A DNA stretch of 64,000 bases. It comes from an uncultured Candidatus Poseidoniales archaeon. GTDB taxonomy: Archaea > Thermoplasmatota > Poseidoniia > Poseidoniales > Thalassarchaeaceae. Location: NCBI GenBank assembly GCA_963990035.1, contig CAXDMJ010000002.1:3441-67440 (forward strand). The letters are read 5' to 3'. The position numbers and the translations under genes were made by a program. Shown here piece after piece: positions 49,350 to 58,673 of the stretch (its first letter is position 1; each line of letters begins with the position of its first letter). A model generated the notes under the pieces. It saw only the letters and a list, made by a program, of their open reading frames with translations. It searched no databases and was not told the DNA's origin.

Positions 49350-50306
49350 TCATGATTCTGATAAACCAGTGGTCTTGTCAAAGTTGAGCCCTTGTTCTTT
49401 GATAGAAGAATCAATATTTTCTTGTTTTAATTCTTTTAGTAAGTAATCCATTCTTTCTGTTACTGCACCTGCAACATTTATTCCTGATGCTTTCTCAATA
49501 CCTTCTAAACCAGGACTTGAATTAACTTCCAATACAAGCGGCCCTCTTTTTGATTCTAGCATGTCTACTCCTGCGACTTCAAGCCCCAAAATTTTTGCTG
49601 CTTTGATAGCGATTTTCTCAAATTCATCACTAATTTCTATTTTTTCTACGCTTCCACCTAAGTGGAAATTTGAACGAAACTCATTTCCATGAGCTTTTCT
49701 TCTCATACAGGCTACTACTTTTCCACCCACTACCAATGCTCGAATATCTTTCCCATGAGATTCCTCAATATATTCTTGAACTAAAGGCCCCATATCTCTT
49801 TCTAACATCTGATATACTAGTTGTTTTGCATGTTGTTCAGTTTGTGCTAGGAAAACACCTGCTCCATGTGTTCCTTCAGTTGCTTTTACTACACAAGGAG
49901 TCCCTCCTACTCTAGTAATTGCTCTGTTTGTATCTTCCCATGAATTTACTTGAACAGTTATAGGTACAGGGATGTTTCCAGACGACATCATTTGACATGC
50001 AATTAATTTATCTCTACTGCTTCTAATCCCCTCACTAGAATTCATCACAATGATACCGATTTTTTCAAATTCTAAAACTTTGTCACAGCCTTTATTTGTA
50101 ATTGAATAACCTATCCTTGGAATTACTGCATCGCACTCAAGTGGCCACGACCTATACAAAAGTCCCTCTTCTGACGAACCTGCACCTGAGATACGTAACG
50201 GATCTACGACTTTCACCACCCAACCCAACTTCTCAGCCTCTTCTACAAGACGTTTCGTGGAGTATAATTGTGGGCCGCGAGATAGAATCACTACAACAGG
50301 GTCCAT
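49350..50306 (-). CDS. RimK family ATP-grasp alpha-L-glutamate ligase
   Basis: YST-x-RL-x-E, IPRIG, RDK, VQEYI-x-E-x2-GKDIR, FRSN-x-H-x-GG, EVNSSPGLEGIE. Confidence 0.92.
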   Translation of the reverse strand: MDPVVVILSRGPQLYSTKRLVEEAEKLGWVVKVVDPLRISGAGSSEEGLLYRSWPLECDAVIPRIGYSITNKGCDKVLEFEKIGIIVMNSSEGIRSSRDKLIACQMMSSGNIPVPITVQVNSWEDTNRAITRVGGTPCVVKATEGTHGAGVFLAQTEQHAKQLVYQMLERDMGPLVQEYIEESHGKDIRALVVGGKVVACMRRKAHGNEFRSNFHLGGSVEKIEISDEFEKIAIKAAKILGLEVAGVDMLESKRGPLVLEVNSSPGLEGIEKASGINVAGAVTERMDYLLKELKQENIDSSIKEQGLNFDKTTGLSES

Positions 50307-50440
50307 AATTTGCCGCGGTGACCAATACTTCTTGAGTTCTTTGGCTCCGTAAATGGTATTTTACTCCAGTACTAGCGGTTCTGCAACACAGAAGAAGGAA
50401 GGTATTGAAAGACTCGCCTATTGGACTAGGCCTGTTAACT

Positions 50441-52714
50441 ATGGTAGACGGCGAGTCTTTTAGCTTCGACTCACTATCGAAAATGAAGGTTTCTGAGTTA
50501 AGAGAGATATGTAAAAAAGGGCAATTATTAATATCTGGTAACAAGGCAGAGTTAATATTTAGAATTCTTGAAAATACTTCTTCTCCACAGGACAATGAAG
50601 AACTATTTCTTGATGAAGAAAATATTGTGTTGGAAAGTCCCCAAACTACGATTCCTGAAATTAAAGATACAGCGCGTTCTTCTAGAGAAATTGATGATGC
50701 AATAGATCGTCTAATCTCACGTGTTGATGATAAAGAAAGTCTAATCATAGATGAAAATCCCGAAAATTCTATTTTGAATGATGAAATTATGGATGCAGAG
50801 ATATTTGATGCAGAAATTATTGAAGAAGTAGGGAATGAATTAGATGAAAATCCCGAACCATCTTTAATTCTTGAAGAAAAAGATCCTTGGTCTAGTAATA
50901 TGGTAGAAGAAAAGAAAGTAGAGTTAGAAAATTTAAGCGTGGATATAGAGGAACCATCATTTACTATTACAATTCCATCATTAGATATTTTCAAGAAGTA
51001 TTGGCAGCAAATATCTTCTATATTCGTAGTTATTTTATTAATTGGTGCTGGTGTAGTTTATCTTCTCTCAGCCGATTCGTCATTTCAAGCTCGACCAGTA
51101 AATTATGGTGATTCGATGACATTCACTTTGAGTGATGGAGAAATAATCTTAGATGGTGATGAAATGGTTTCTTTACTAAGAGATAATTTGCCAGATACTG
51201 CAATTCAGGATGCATGTAATCGATTAACTGTGGATATTGTAGGTACAGGCTCTATTACAATTATAGAAGGGGATGACTCTCAAATAACCCATCCTTTAGA
51301 TAAACAATCTTCTAATCCCGATTATTCTGGTACTATTGATGCTAAAGATGCCTATGGACGTTCTCACCTCACAGTTCAACAACAAATTACACATGATCTT
51401 GATATTGATCTAGAGGGTAAAACTTGGAAAGATACTAATGTTTGCGGAAATATAGGATGGTCATTACCTGGTAATGAGCTTTTAATGACTACAAATCTCT
51501 ATGATGAGTTAGCGGAAAGTAGCCTTCTAAGATCTGAATCTATAATTTCTTTTACTGATTCTGATGGAGATACAACAAATGCAAATATTGTAACTTTTGG
51601 TGCTGATGGTTTTGGTAATCTAGATGGCATAGCCCCGATATTGACATTCCCCCTATCTCCTATTGAATTATATGATTTCTTTGGAAGTATTAAGTTACAA
51701 TCCGGAATGACTTCGGAGTCAATATCTGATTGGAATAATGATTGGCAATGGACAGTTGGTTCTGAGCAGAATAATGCTGAGCACGGTCTTGTGTATCCAG
51801 TAAAAATTATTCATGAAGAGATTGAAAGATGCCTTGGTAGAATACATATAGATATTTTAGTTAAAAATGGGATTCCTTGGGCTGTTGAACAAGAGGTAGA
51901 TATTTTGATTGATAAAGATGAGAGTACATCTGATTGTAGTTTCATTGAAAGTACTGCGACAGATGCAGCACTTCCAGAAGGATCTCTGACAATTAAAATG
52001 AAAATGAGTGAAATATCATCAGATTCAGGTTCTAAGTCAATACCTTGGGGTTCAGTCTATGCTGGTCGACCAGGTATTGGTGAAGATAAACTAAGTCCGA
52101 CTGCAAAGAAAGATTGGTCAACTGCTATATGGGATGAATCAGAAATTAGATTATTCAGTATAGAAGATGCATTAAACTGTCTACGTACGAATTATTCCAG
52201 TCGAGATATTTCTGTTGCAATTGATAGTGATGGATATATCTGGCAGGGAACATATGGCGTGACTGATTTTGAAGAATGGAATTTATCTTGGGTCCGCTCT
52301 GATGAAACTTCAGGTTGGGCAATAGTTAGTTTATCTAATAATGAATGCTCTTTTGATGATGAAGGACGCAATGATGGTGAGATTACTTGGAATCAAGATG
52401 CTATACCCTCTACTCACACCTTAAATAAATTAGAAAATAGAATTCTTAATACTAATCGTTATCAAGATTTAGCCAGTTCTCTAGGCTCATCCTCATCGTG
52501 GTTTGAAGATACTAATTACGGTTACAGAGTTTCCGTTTCAGAAGATAATGATCTCTTCTCATTCCTTCCAGGAGATTTAACTGAAGGACAAGTTACAATT
52601 ATTGGAAGTAGAGAGTGGACTGAATCTAATCGAGAACATAATATAAACTTCGCAATGGATGCTCAAACAGGTCGGATGCTTGCTTGGGCAGAAATCATTG
52701 GCTCATCTCAGTAA
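50441..52714 (+). CDS. SAP-domain membrane protein: SAP motif, acidic linker, one TM, large extracellular domain
   Basis: LSKMKVSELREICKKGQLLISGNKAELIFRI fits the SAP consensus. TM ISSIFVVILLIGAGVVYLL. Confidence 0.8.
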   Translation: MVDGESFSFDSLSKMKVSELREICKKGQLLISGNKAELIFRILENTSSPQDNEELFLDEENIVLESPQTTIPEIKDTARSSREIDDAIDRLISRVDDKESLIIDENPENSILNDEIMDAEIFDAEIIEEVGNELDENPEPSLILEEKDPWSSNMVEEKKVELENLSVDIEEPSFTITIPSLDIFKKYWQQISSIFVVILLIGAGVVYLLSADSSFQARPVNYGDSMTFTLSDGEIILDGDEMVSLLRDNLPDTAIQDACNRLTVDIVGTGSITIIEGDDSQITHPLDKQSSNPDYSGTIDAKDAYGRSHLTVQQQITHDLDIDLEGKTWKDTNVCGNIGWSLPGNELLMTTNLYDELAESSLLRSESIISFTDSDGDTTNANIVTFGADGFGNLDGIAPILTFPLSPIELYDFFGSIKLQSGMTSESISDWNNDWQWTVGSEQNNAEHGLVYPVKIIHEEIERCLGRIHIDILVKNGIPWAVEQEVDILIDKDESTSDCSFIESTATDAALPEGSLTIKMKMSEISSDSGSKSIPWGSVYAGRPGIGEDKLSPTAKKDWSTAIWDESEIRLFSIEDALNCLRTNYSSRDISVAIDSDGYIWQGTYGVTDFEEWNLSWVRSDETSGWAIVSLSNNECSFDDEGRNDGEITWNQDAIPSTHTLNKLENRILNTNRYQDLASSLGSSSSWFEDTNYGYRVSVSEDNDLFSFLPGDLTEGQVTIIGSREWTESNREHNINFAMDAQTGRMLAWAEIIGSSQ

Positions 52715-52788
52715 CTATAGAATTCACTATGTTGATTGTCTGTGATAGCGGCACATTCAATTTCCTTCTAAGCGCCCAAGGCGCTTGT

Positions 52789-53736
52789 ATGTCCATTAAT
52801 GATGATGATGTTCGGCTACCAAAAGTCGAAAAAGTTCCATTAATAATTGATGTAGAATTTATAGAAGATGAAGTAGTCAATTCCTCCTCTGACAATGTCA
52901 ATCCAGTTAATACTCAGAAAACAAGTCGCCCATTAGATTTACCATTCCCGATTCCTACTCCTGAAGGTAGAGCTAGAATCGTCACTGTCATTAATCAGAA
53001 GGGAGGTGTTGGAAAAACAACGACAGTCATTAATATTGGATCTCAACTTGCTTTAAGTGGACATAGAGTATTGGTAGTAGATGCAGATTCTCAGGGTAAT
53101 TGTGCTACTGGATTAGGGGTAGATAAAAGTAAGGTTAAACATACAACTAGAGACCTAATATTGTCTCCTGAAACTGCAGTTACAGCTCGCCATGCGACAG
53201 CAGTTGATGGATTGCATATGATTGTTGGAGATCGCAGTTTAGTTGGTTTAGAGCAAGAAATGTTGCGACAGTTAGGCAGAGAAAGGAGATTAGCTGAGGC
53301 TTTAGAGCCATTATTACCACATTATGATATTGTGATAATAGATACTCCTCCATCATTAGGTTTAGTGACAATCAATGCTTTAGTTGCCAGCGATGGTGTC
53401 CTAATACCAGTTCAAACTGAATACTTTGCTTTGGAAGGATTGGCAATGTTAGCAGGAACAATTAGAGAGGTTAGAAATCTACTCAACCCGCGATTAGGTG
53501 TTGATGGTGTTTTGCTAACTATGCATGCGAGTACTCTTCTAAATCAACAGGTAGCTTCAGAAATTCTAGAACATTTACCTGAGTTTGTAATACAACCAGC
53601 AATCCGTCGAAATATCAAATTGGCTGAAGCACCCAGTCACGGAGTCCCAATCCATCTACACGATCCGAATAGTAATGGTGGCCAAGATTATCAAGGAGTT
53701 TCTCATTCCTTGGAAAAAAGATGGGGACTTATTTAG
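52789..53736 (+). CDS. parA: ParA/Soj family ATPase with N-terminal extension
   Basis: NQKGGVGKTTT, DADSQGN, DTPPSLG, IPVQTEYFALEGL, LAEAPSHG-x-PI. Start placed at ATG 52789. Confidence 0.93.
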   Translation: MSINDDDVRLPKVEKVPLIIDVEFIEDEVVNSSSDNVNPVNTQKTSRPLDLPFPIPTPEGRARIVTVINQKGGVGKTTTVINIGSQLALSGHRVLVVDADSQGNCATGLGVDKSKVKHTTRDLILSPETAVTARHATAVDGLHMIVGDRSLVGLEQEMLRQLGRERRLAEALEPLLPHYDIVIIDTPPSLGLVTINALVASDGVLIPVQTEYFALEGLAMLAGTIREVRNLLNPRLGVDGVLLTMHASTLLNQQVASEILEHLPEFVIQPAIRRNIKLAEAPSHGVPIHLHDPNSNGGQDYQGVSHSLEKRWGLI

Positions 53737-54690
53737 ATGGTATCTAAAGGTCTAGGCCGAGGACTTGAATCTGTAGCGGAGTTAGCTAAGGATGGTCCTG
53801 ATCTTTCATCTTACGTTTCCTCAGACTCTATGCAGCCCGTTGACTCTCCCAGAACCGCAGTTCTTTGGATGATATTTGGAAGTGTTTGTTTTGGAACTAT
53901 GAATGCACTTGTCAAATGGACTTCACTAAATGCAGACGTTTGGATGATTATTTTTATCCGTTCATTAGTAATTGCCGTGGCCGTTGCAATATTCGCAAGA
54001 TATCATAACACTAGCCTTCGGATGAATGACCCTAAAAAGATGTTTTTACGCTGTTTAGTAGGATTAATTGCAATGATACTTTATTTTTCTGCCCTATCTT
54101 TAATTCCTATTGGTCAAGCAGTAACATTACAATATACTGCTCCCTTATTTGTCGCACTCTTATCTGGTAGTTTAATTCGTGAAAAAGTTTCTTCTTCTGT
54201 AATAATTCTGCTAATAACTGCATTTTTTGGAATTATATTAATTGTTTCTCCAGACTTAGATAGTATAGATCCGAATGCTTTGTTAGCTCTAGGATCAGGA
54301 TTCTTTGCAGGTTTAGCTTATATTTTTGTCCGGGACTTGAGGAAGACAGATTCCCCCTCTACAGTTGTTTTTTGGTTTGCGGCTTTTTCCGTATTGGGTT
54401 CAGTAATTCAAGCAGCACCTGCTTTGTCTAGTCTTACTTGGGAAATGATTGCTGCATTAGTAGGGATTGGCGTAGGTGCAGGTGGAGGCCAAGTAGGAAT
54501 CACAATGGCTTATCACAAAGCAAATGCTGCTTGGGTCAGCGCATTCTCTTATCTTACAGTAATAATTGCAACAATATATGGTATTATTCTATTTGATGAA
54601 ATATTAACAGCAAAAATACTAATTGGAGGATTATTGATAGTCGGTTCTGGTGTTGCATTAATTTTCTTCACACCACCAACTAATAAATAG
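53737..54690 (+). CDS. EamA/DMT family transporter with ParB-like N-terminal GLGRGL peptide
   Basis: About 10 TMs with DMT motifs (A-x2-LQYTAPLF, SAFSYL...ILFDE). N-terminus MVSKGLGRGLESVAEL. Confidence 0.9.
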   Translation: MVSKGLGRGLESVAELAKDGPDLSSYVSSDSMQPVDSPRTAVLWMIFGSVCFGTMNALVKWTSLNADVWMIIFIRSLVIAVAVAIFARYHNTSLRMNDPKKMFLRCLVGLIAMILYFSALSLIPIGQAVTLQYTAPLFVALLSGSLIREKVSSSVIILLITAFFGIILIVSPDLDSIDPNALLALGSGFFAGLAYIFVRDLRKTDSPSTVVFWFAAFSVLGSVIQAAPALSSLTWEMIAALVGIGVGAGGGQVGITMAYHKANAAWVSAFSYLTVIIATIYGIILFDEILTAKILIGGLLIVGSGVALIFFTPPTNK

Positions 54691-54696
54691 AAATCT

Positions 54697-55377
54697 TCAA
54701 TCAAACCATTCCGAGATTTCATTCAAATCTTTCCTTGCTATATTGGGAACTTTTGCATTTTTTGCGGGGTAACCAACAGGCATTAGAAGCATAGCATGTT
54801 CATGCTCTGGACGTCCTAATAATTCTCTAAGGAATTTCATAGGCGATGGCGTATGAGTCAATGTAGTAAGCCCCATATTTTGTATTGCTGCTATGAAAAG
54901 CCCTACTGCAATACCACATGATTCTTGAGAATAATATGTTGGTCCTAATTCACCATTTTCACGACTTCTTTTTGTTTGTCTAAAAATAACAACAATCCAG
55001 GGGGCATCGGTAATATGCTCTTTGACATAATCTGTACCCAAAGGCCGCAATAACTCGGCCCAAGCTTCCGGCATCCTTCCAGAATACGTTTTCTTTTCTT
55101 CTTCTTCAGCCGCTTGTCGTATTTTTATTTTGAGATTTTTATTCGATATTGCAACGAAAGTCCAAGGCTGTAAATGAGCTCCTGACGGAGCCGTACCTGC
55201 AGTTTTTATTGCAATTTCTATTAACTTACGAGGGACTTCTTTGGTTGAAAAATGCCTCGTAGTACGTCTTTTATTCATTAAATCAAAGAAGTCAGATGCT
55301 TGTTTCGACATATCTTCTTTGGATAGTTCAATAAATTCTAAATCAATGAATCCTAACTCTTCTCCGCTATCAACCAT
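54697..55377 (-). CDS. Nitroreductase family, iodotyrosine deiodinase-like
   Basis: RRTTRHFS, TAPSGAH-x-QPW, EEEE-x3-Y, LGTD-x2-K-x-H, TLTHTP, MPVGYP. Confidence 0.85.
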   Translation of the reverse strand: MVDSGEELGFIDLEFIELSKEDMSKQASDFFDLMNKRRTTRHFSTKEVPRKLIEIAIKTAGTAPSGAHLQPWTFVAISNKNLKIKIRQAAEEEEKKTYSGRMPEAWAELLRPLGTDYVKEHITDAPWIVVIFRQTKRSRENGELGPTYYSQESCGIAVGLFIAAIQNMGLTTLTHTPSPMKFLRELLGRPEHEHAMLLMPVGYPAKNAKVPNIARKDLNEISEWFD

Positions 55378-55385
55378 GATTTTGC

Positions 55386-55937
55386 TCAGTCGCGTCGAGT
55401 CATCAATCCTGCTATTCCTATTGCTGCCAAAGTTAGCGGCATAATGAATCCAGGCATGCTATCTTCTTCCTCTTGTGGCCAACATGAGTTATCATCTCCA
55501 CCCCAATCATTTCCATCATACCAACAATCAGACCAAATCTTCCAACCAAAACCTGTTTCCGGAACTCTTGTTGTATTCTCACTCGAGTCAATTAGATCAA
55601 TCCTCCAGTTCAAATAACTAGCACCTTCGTCAACTTCTACTATGCTTTTCCAAGTTTTATTATCCTCAGTAGTCATTTCAATAGTTTTCGGAGGATAACA
55701 AACTCCAGTATTTATGCAAACTTGTGTGATCCAATTAATATGGCTAATATTTTCAATAGCATCATCTTTGAGAGTTACAGAAATAGTAAATTCAGATTCT
55801 GCATAGGCCACATCATTCGCATCTATTGCTAAGATATTAGTTTCAGAAAGGTCAGTGCCCTCATTTAATCCACCCTCTGAAGCTGCAACATTGAATGCTA
55901 AAATAGTAACAATAGCAACTGCGACCAGTTTGTGCAT
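55386..55937 (-). CDS. Secreted protein with PGF-CTERM-like sorting signal
   Basis: Signal peptide; C-terminal PGF, hydrophobic helix, then RR. Confidence 0.75.
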   Translation of the reverse strand: MHKLVAVAIVTILAFNVAASEGGLNEGTDLSETNILAIDANDVAYAESEFTISVTLKDDAIENISHINWITQVCINTGVCYPPKTIEMTTEDNKTWKSIVEVDEGASYLNWRIDLIDSSENTTRVPETGFGWKIWSDCWYDGNDWGGDDNSCWPQEEEDSMPGFIMPLTLAAIGIAGLMTRRD

Positions 55938-55976
55938 AACTATTCGCAGGGTTTCTTACAAATGAATCCTATTGAT

Positions 55977-56480
55977 TCAAGTTTCTAGTTCCCAAAGTTC
56001 ATCTCCGACCCAATGAATTGTATTAATCGCCTTACCTTTAGTCATTTCAGCCATCTCTATTCCACTTACGGTCGCCATACCTATTGCTAATGGCTTACCA
56101 TGTTGTAAATCTCTAATCCAGATTAAATCTCCTGATTTTATGTCAGGATCTGCTTGATGGACACCTGCTCCCATACAATCTGCACCATTCATCAAGAAAG
56201 GAATAGCCCCATGATCTACTGATGCCCATCTTTTCTCTGTACCCCAAGCTAAAATTCCTCTAATTGTAGGGAACCATATTTTTCCTTTTTCAGTATTTAT
56301 TTGGATTGCAAGAGGGATTTTATCTACAAGGATTAAATCTCTTTCTTGAAAATGTCCTTTCTCTAAAAAAGAAGTCGGAAAGTCTAATTTTACTCCTATA
56401 AGGTCGGAAATCTCTGACATTTCTTTACGTATTTGCTTCCATCTTACGGGGGTTCGTCGACGAAGTCTCTTCTCACTCAC
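55977..56480 (-). CDS. PUA-domain RNA-binding protein (Tma20/MCTS1-like)
   Basis: PTIRG, VD-x-GAIPF-x2-GAD-x-M, GKA-x3-HWVGD-x-LW. Probable GTG start at 56480. Confidence 0.85.
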   Translation of the reverse strand: MSEKRLRRRTPVRWKQIRKEMSEISDLIGVKLDFPTSFLEKGHFQERDLILVDKIPLAIQINTEKGKIWFPTIRGILAWGTEKRWASVDHGAIPFLMNGADCMGAGVHQADPDIKSGDLIWIRDLQHGKPLAIGMATVSGIEMAEMTKGKAINTIHWVGDELWELET

Positions 56481-56635
56481 AAGTAGTTCTGCACGGACGT
56501 CGTCTATCAACTGTACTTAGGGTAAATCGTTAGAAATTAAACTGTCATAATGCTCAATTTAGAGGAAATTTATCAAATTTCTTTTTCTTGTTTATTCCAA
56601 TCTATTGAAATAAGGGAGGCAAGTCGGCGAGTTTC

Positions 56636-57028
56636 ATGGCAAAGTGGCATGGTATCTCTCGACGCAAGGCGACCGGTGGACGCTTGAAGAGACCAAACCG
56701 TTATCGAGGCAAGCGCCGAACAGAGATTTCTAGTGAAACTCAATACGCTTTTGTTGGTACTGAGGATGCTTCTAAGAAATACCGAAAGAATGCTGGTTCT
56801 CAAACTGTTAGAGTAACTTCAGCATACACAGTAAACGTCAACTCAAAGGATGGTACCACTACTCGTTCAACTATCTCCAACGTAGTAGAAAATAGTGCAA
56901 ATCTTAACTTTGTTCGTCGTAATATTGTTACTAAAGGAGCAATCATTCAAACAGATCTTGGTAAAGTTAGAGTAACTAGCAGACCGGGTATGGATGGAGT
57001 CGTTTCTGGCGTTCTTATCGAAGAATGA
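56636..57028 (+). CDS. rps8e: 30S ribosomal protein S8e
   Basis: SRRK-x-TGG, RRNIVTKGAII, VTSRPG-x-DG. Confidence 0.96.
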   Translation: MAKWHGISRRKATGGRLKRPNRYRGKRRTEISSETQYAFVGTEDASKKYRKNAGSQTVRVTSAYTVNVNSKDGTTTRSTISNVVENSANLNFVRRNIVTKGAIIQTDLGKVRVTSRPGMDGVVSGVLIEE

Positions 57029-57065
57029 TTCAGTCGAAGCCCTCAAGTTAGTCAAATAACACGGA

Positions 57066-57521
57066 GTGAGCGATAGCATGACGGCCGACAAGTCAAAGAT
57101 GACACTTTGGACTAGATATTTCGATTCTAAATTATCTCGCTCCGAGGGGCGAAGAGTTCCAAAAGAGGCATCAATTCCTAATCCTAGTTTAGATGCTATA
57201 GTCTGGGCTGCAAGAGATGCTGGACTTTCCAAAATGAAACGTGATACTGAGGCTAGCCATCCATCTCGCCCTCATTCAAGAGAAGGTCGTTTAATTCTCT
57301 CTGCTCAAGAAGCAATCTCTGTAACTAGAGCTGATTCAAAAGAAGGCGTGATGCAAACAATTGGCCTTCGTCTCCGCCGACAATTTAAAGAATCTAAGAA
57401 TGATGAAAAATCAGGGAAGAAACAGTCGTTGAAAAAAGGCGACAAACAAATTCGAACACAAAGAAAATCATTCAAAGGAAATACTAGTGGTCAAAGAAAA
57501 AAGAAGTTTGGCCGTAAATAA
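57066..57521 (+). CDS. srp19: Signal recognition particle protein SRP19 with basic C-terminal tail
   Basis: W-x2-YFDS-x-LSR-x-EGRRVP, HP, GR motifs. Confidence 0.88.
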   Translation: MSDSMTADKSKMTLWTRYFDSKLSRSEGRRVPKEASIPNPSLDAIVWAARDAGLSKMKRDTEASHPSRPHSREGRLILSAQEAISVTRADSKEGVMQTIGLRLRRQFKESKNDEKSGKKQSLKKGDKQIRTQRKSFKGNTSGQRKKKFGRK

Positions 57522-58550
57522 TCAAAGTTCTGGCGTCCATCCAAATTTATCTTCTACACGGCCGTTCATGATATCAGTCAACGCAATGAATAGTTCTTGA
57601 GTTATTTTCCCAATACCTCCATTAGAATAATTTGCAATTTCTCCGCTATGTTCTATTGATCCAATCGGGGATATAACTGCAGCTGTACCTGCACAAAATG
57701 CTTCATCAGAATTCATTGCAAACTTAATATCAATTTTTTCTTCACGTACTTCGTAACCCATTGATCTAGCTAATTCTATAATCGACATTCTAGTAATACC
57801 TGGCAAGATTGTTCCAGTAAGTTCTGGAGTATATATTACATTATCTTTGATACAAAAGAAATTAGCTGCCCCAACTTCTTCTACATATTTATGATTAACA
57901 GCATCTAGATAGATGATTTCAGCATAACCTTCTGATTTTGCATTTTGTGATGGCATCATTCCAGGAGCATAATTTCCAATTGCCTTAACTCCACCTGATC
58001 CTCCAGGAGCTGCTCTATGGTAATTATCTGAAACCTTTAGAGAAATTGGATTCATTCCTCCTTTGAAGTAAGGGCCAACTGGTACTGCATAAATCAGGAA
58101 AGTGAACTCTGGTGCCGGAGCAACTCCTAAAATCGGGCCACTTCCAAAAATAAGAGGTCTGATGTAAAGTTCTCCTCTACCATTTGGAGGTAACCAGCGA
58201 ATATTTTCTTGTACAACTTTTTTTACAGCACTAAGGAAAATTTCTTCTGAAACAGGAGGCATACCTAGTCTTCTACAACCTTCAGCGGATCTACGCGCAT
58301 TAAATTCTGGGCGGAAAAGAAGTACTCTTCCATCTTCAGTACGCCGAGCTTTCATGCCCTCGAATAATCCTTGACCATAATTTATTACTCCTGCAGCAGG
58401 AGATATTTTCAGGTCTTGATAGTCCTGCATGATTCCAGTTTCCCATTCTTCTCCTTTTTTACAGGTTGACATATACATTCTATCAGTTTCTGTAAAACTA
58501 AAAGTTAGACTATCCCAATCAACACTCGGTTTAGATTCATCTAACATCAT
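57522..58550 (-). CDS. ilvE: Branched-chain amino acid aminotransferase
   Basis: NYGQGLFEGMKA, LYIRP, K-x2-GNYA, EEVGAAN, ILPGITR, GTAAVISP. Confidence 0.94.
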   Translation of the reverse strand: MMLDESKPSVDWDSLTFSFTETDRMYMSTCKKGEEWETGIMQDYQDLKISPAAGVINYGQGLFEGMKARRTEDGRVLLFRPEFNARRSAEGCRRLGMPPVSEEIFLSAVKKVVQENIRWLPPNGRGELYIRPLIFGSGPILGVAPAPEFTFLIYAVPVGPYFKGGMNPISLKVSDNYHRAAPGGSGGVKAIGNYAPGMMPSQNAKSEGYAEIIYLDAVNHKYVEEVGAANFFCIKDNVIYTPELTGTILPGITRMSIIELARSMGYEVREEKIDIKFAMNSDEAFCAGTAAVISPIGSIEHSGEIANYSNGGIGKITQELFIALTDIMNGRVEDKFGWTPEL

Positions 58551-58673
58551 AAAGGCCTCAATCAATTGCTTGGGAGAGGGGGCGGCTTTCAACGGTTGTG
58601 CTTAATCAAACACAAAATAGCACTGGGAGAACTTCACAAGGGTGGGCACGATACGCCTCAATGATAGGCTAGG

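Noticed and set aside
50881..50890. DPW/DPF motifs (eukaryotic adaptor-binding) in acidic tails here and in the 1242-aa protein
   Set aside because: Single three-residue occurrences are expected by chance.
50233..50994. 253-aa minus-strand ORF
   Set aside because: Ser/Ile/Phe-rich antisense shadow of the acidic SAP-protein linker.
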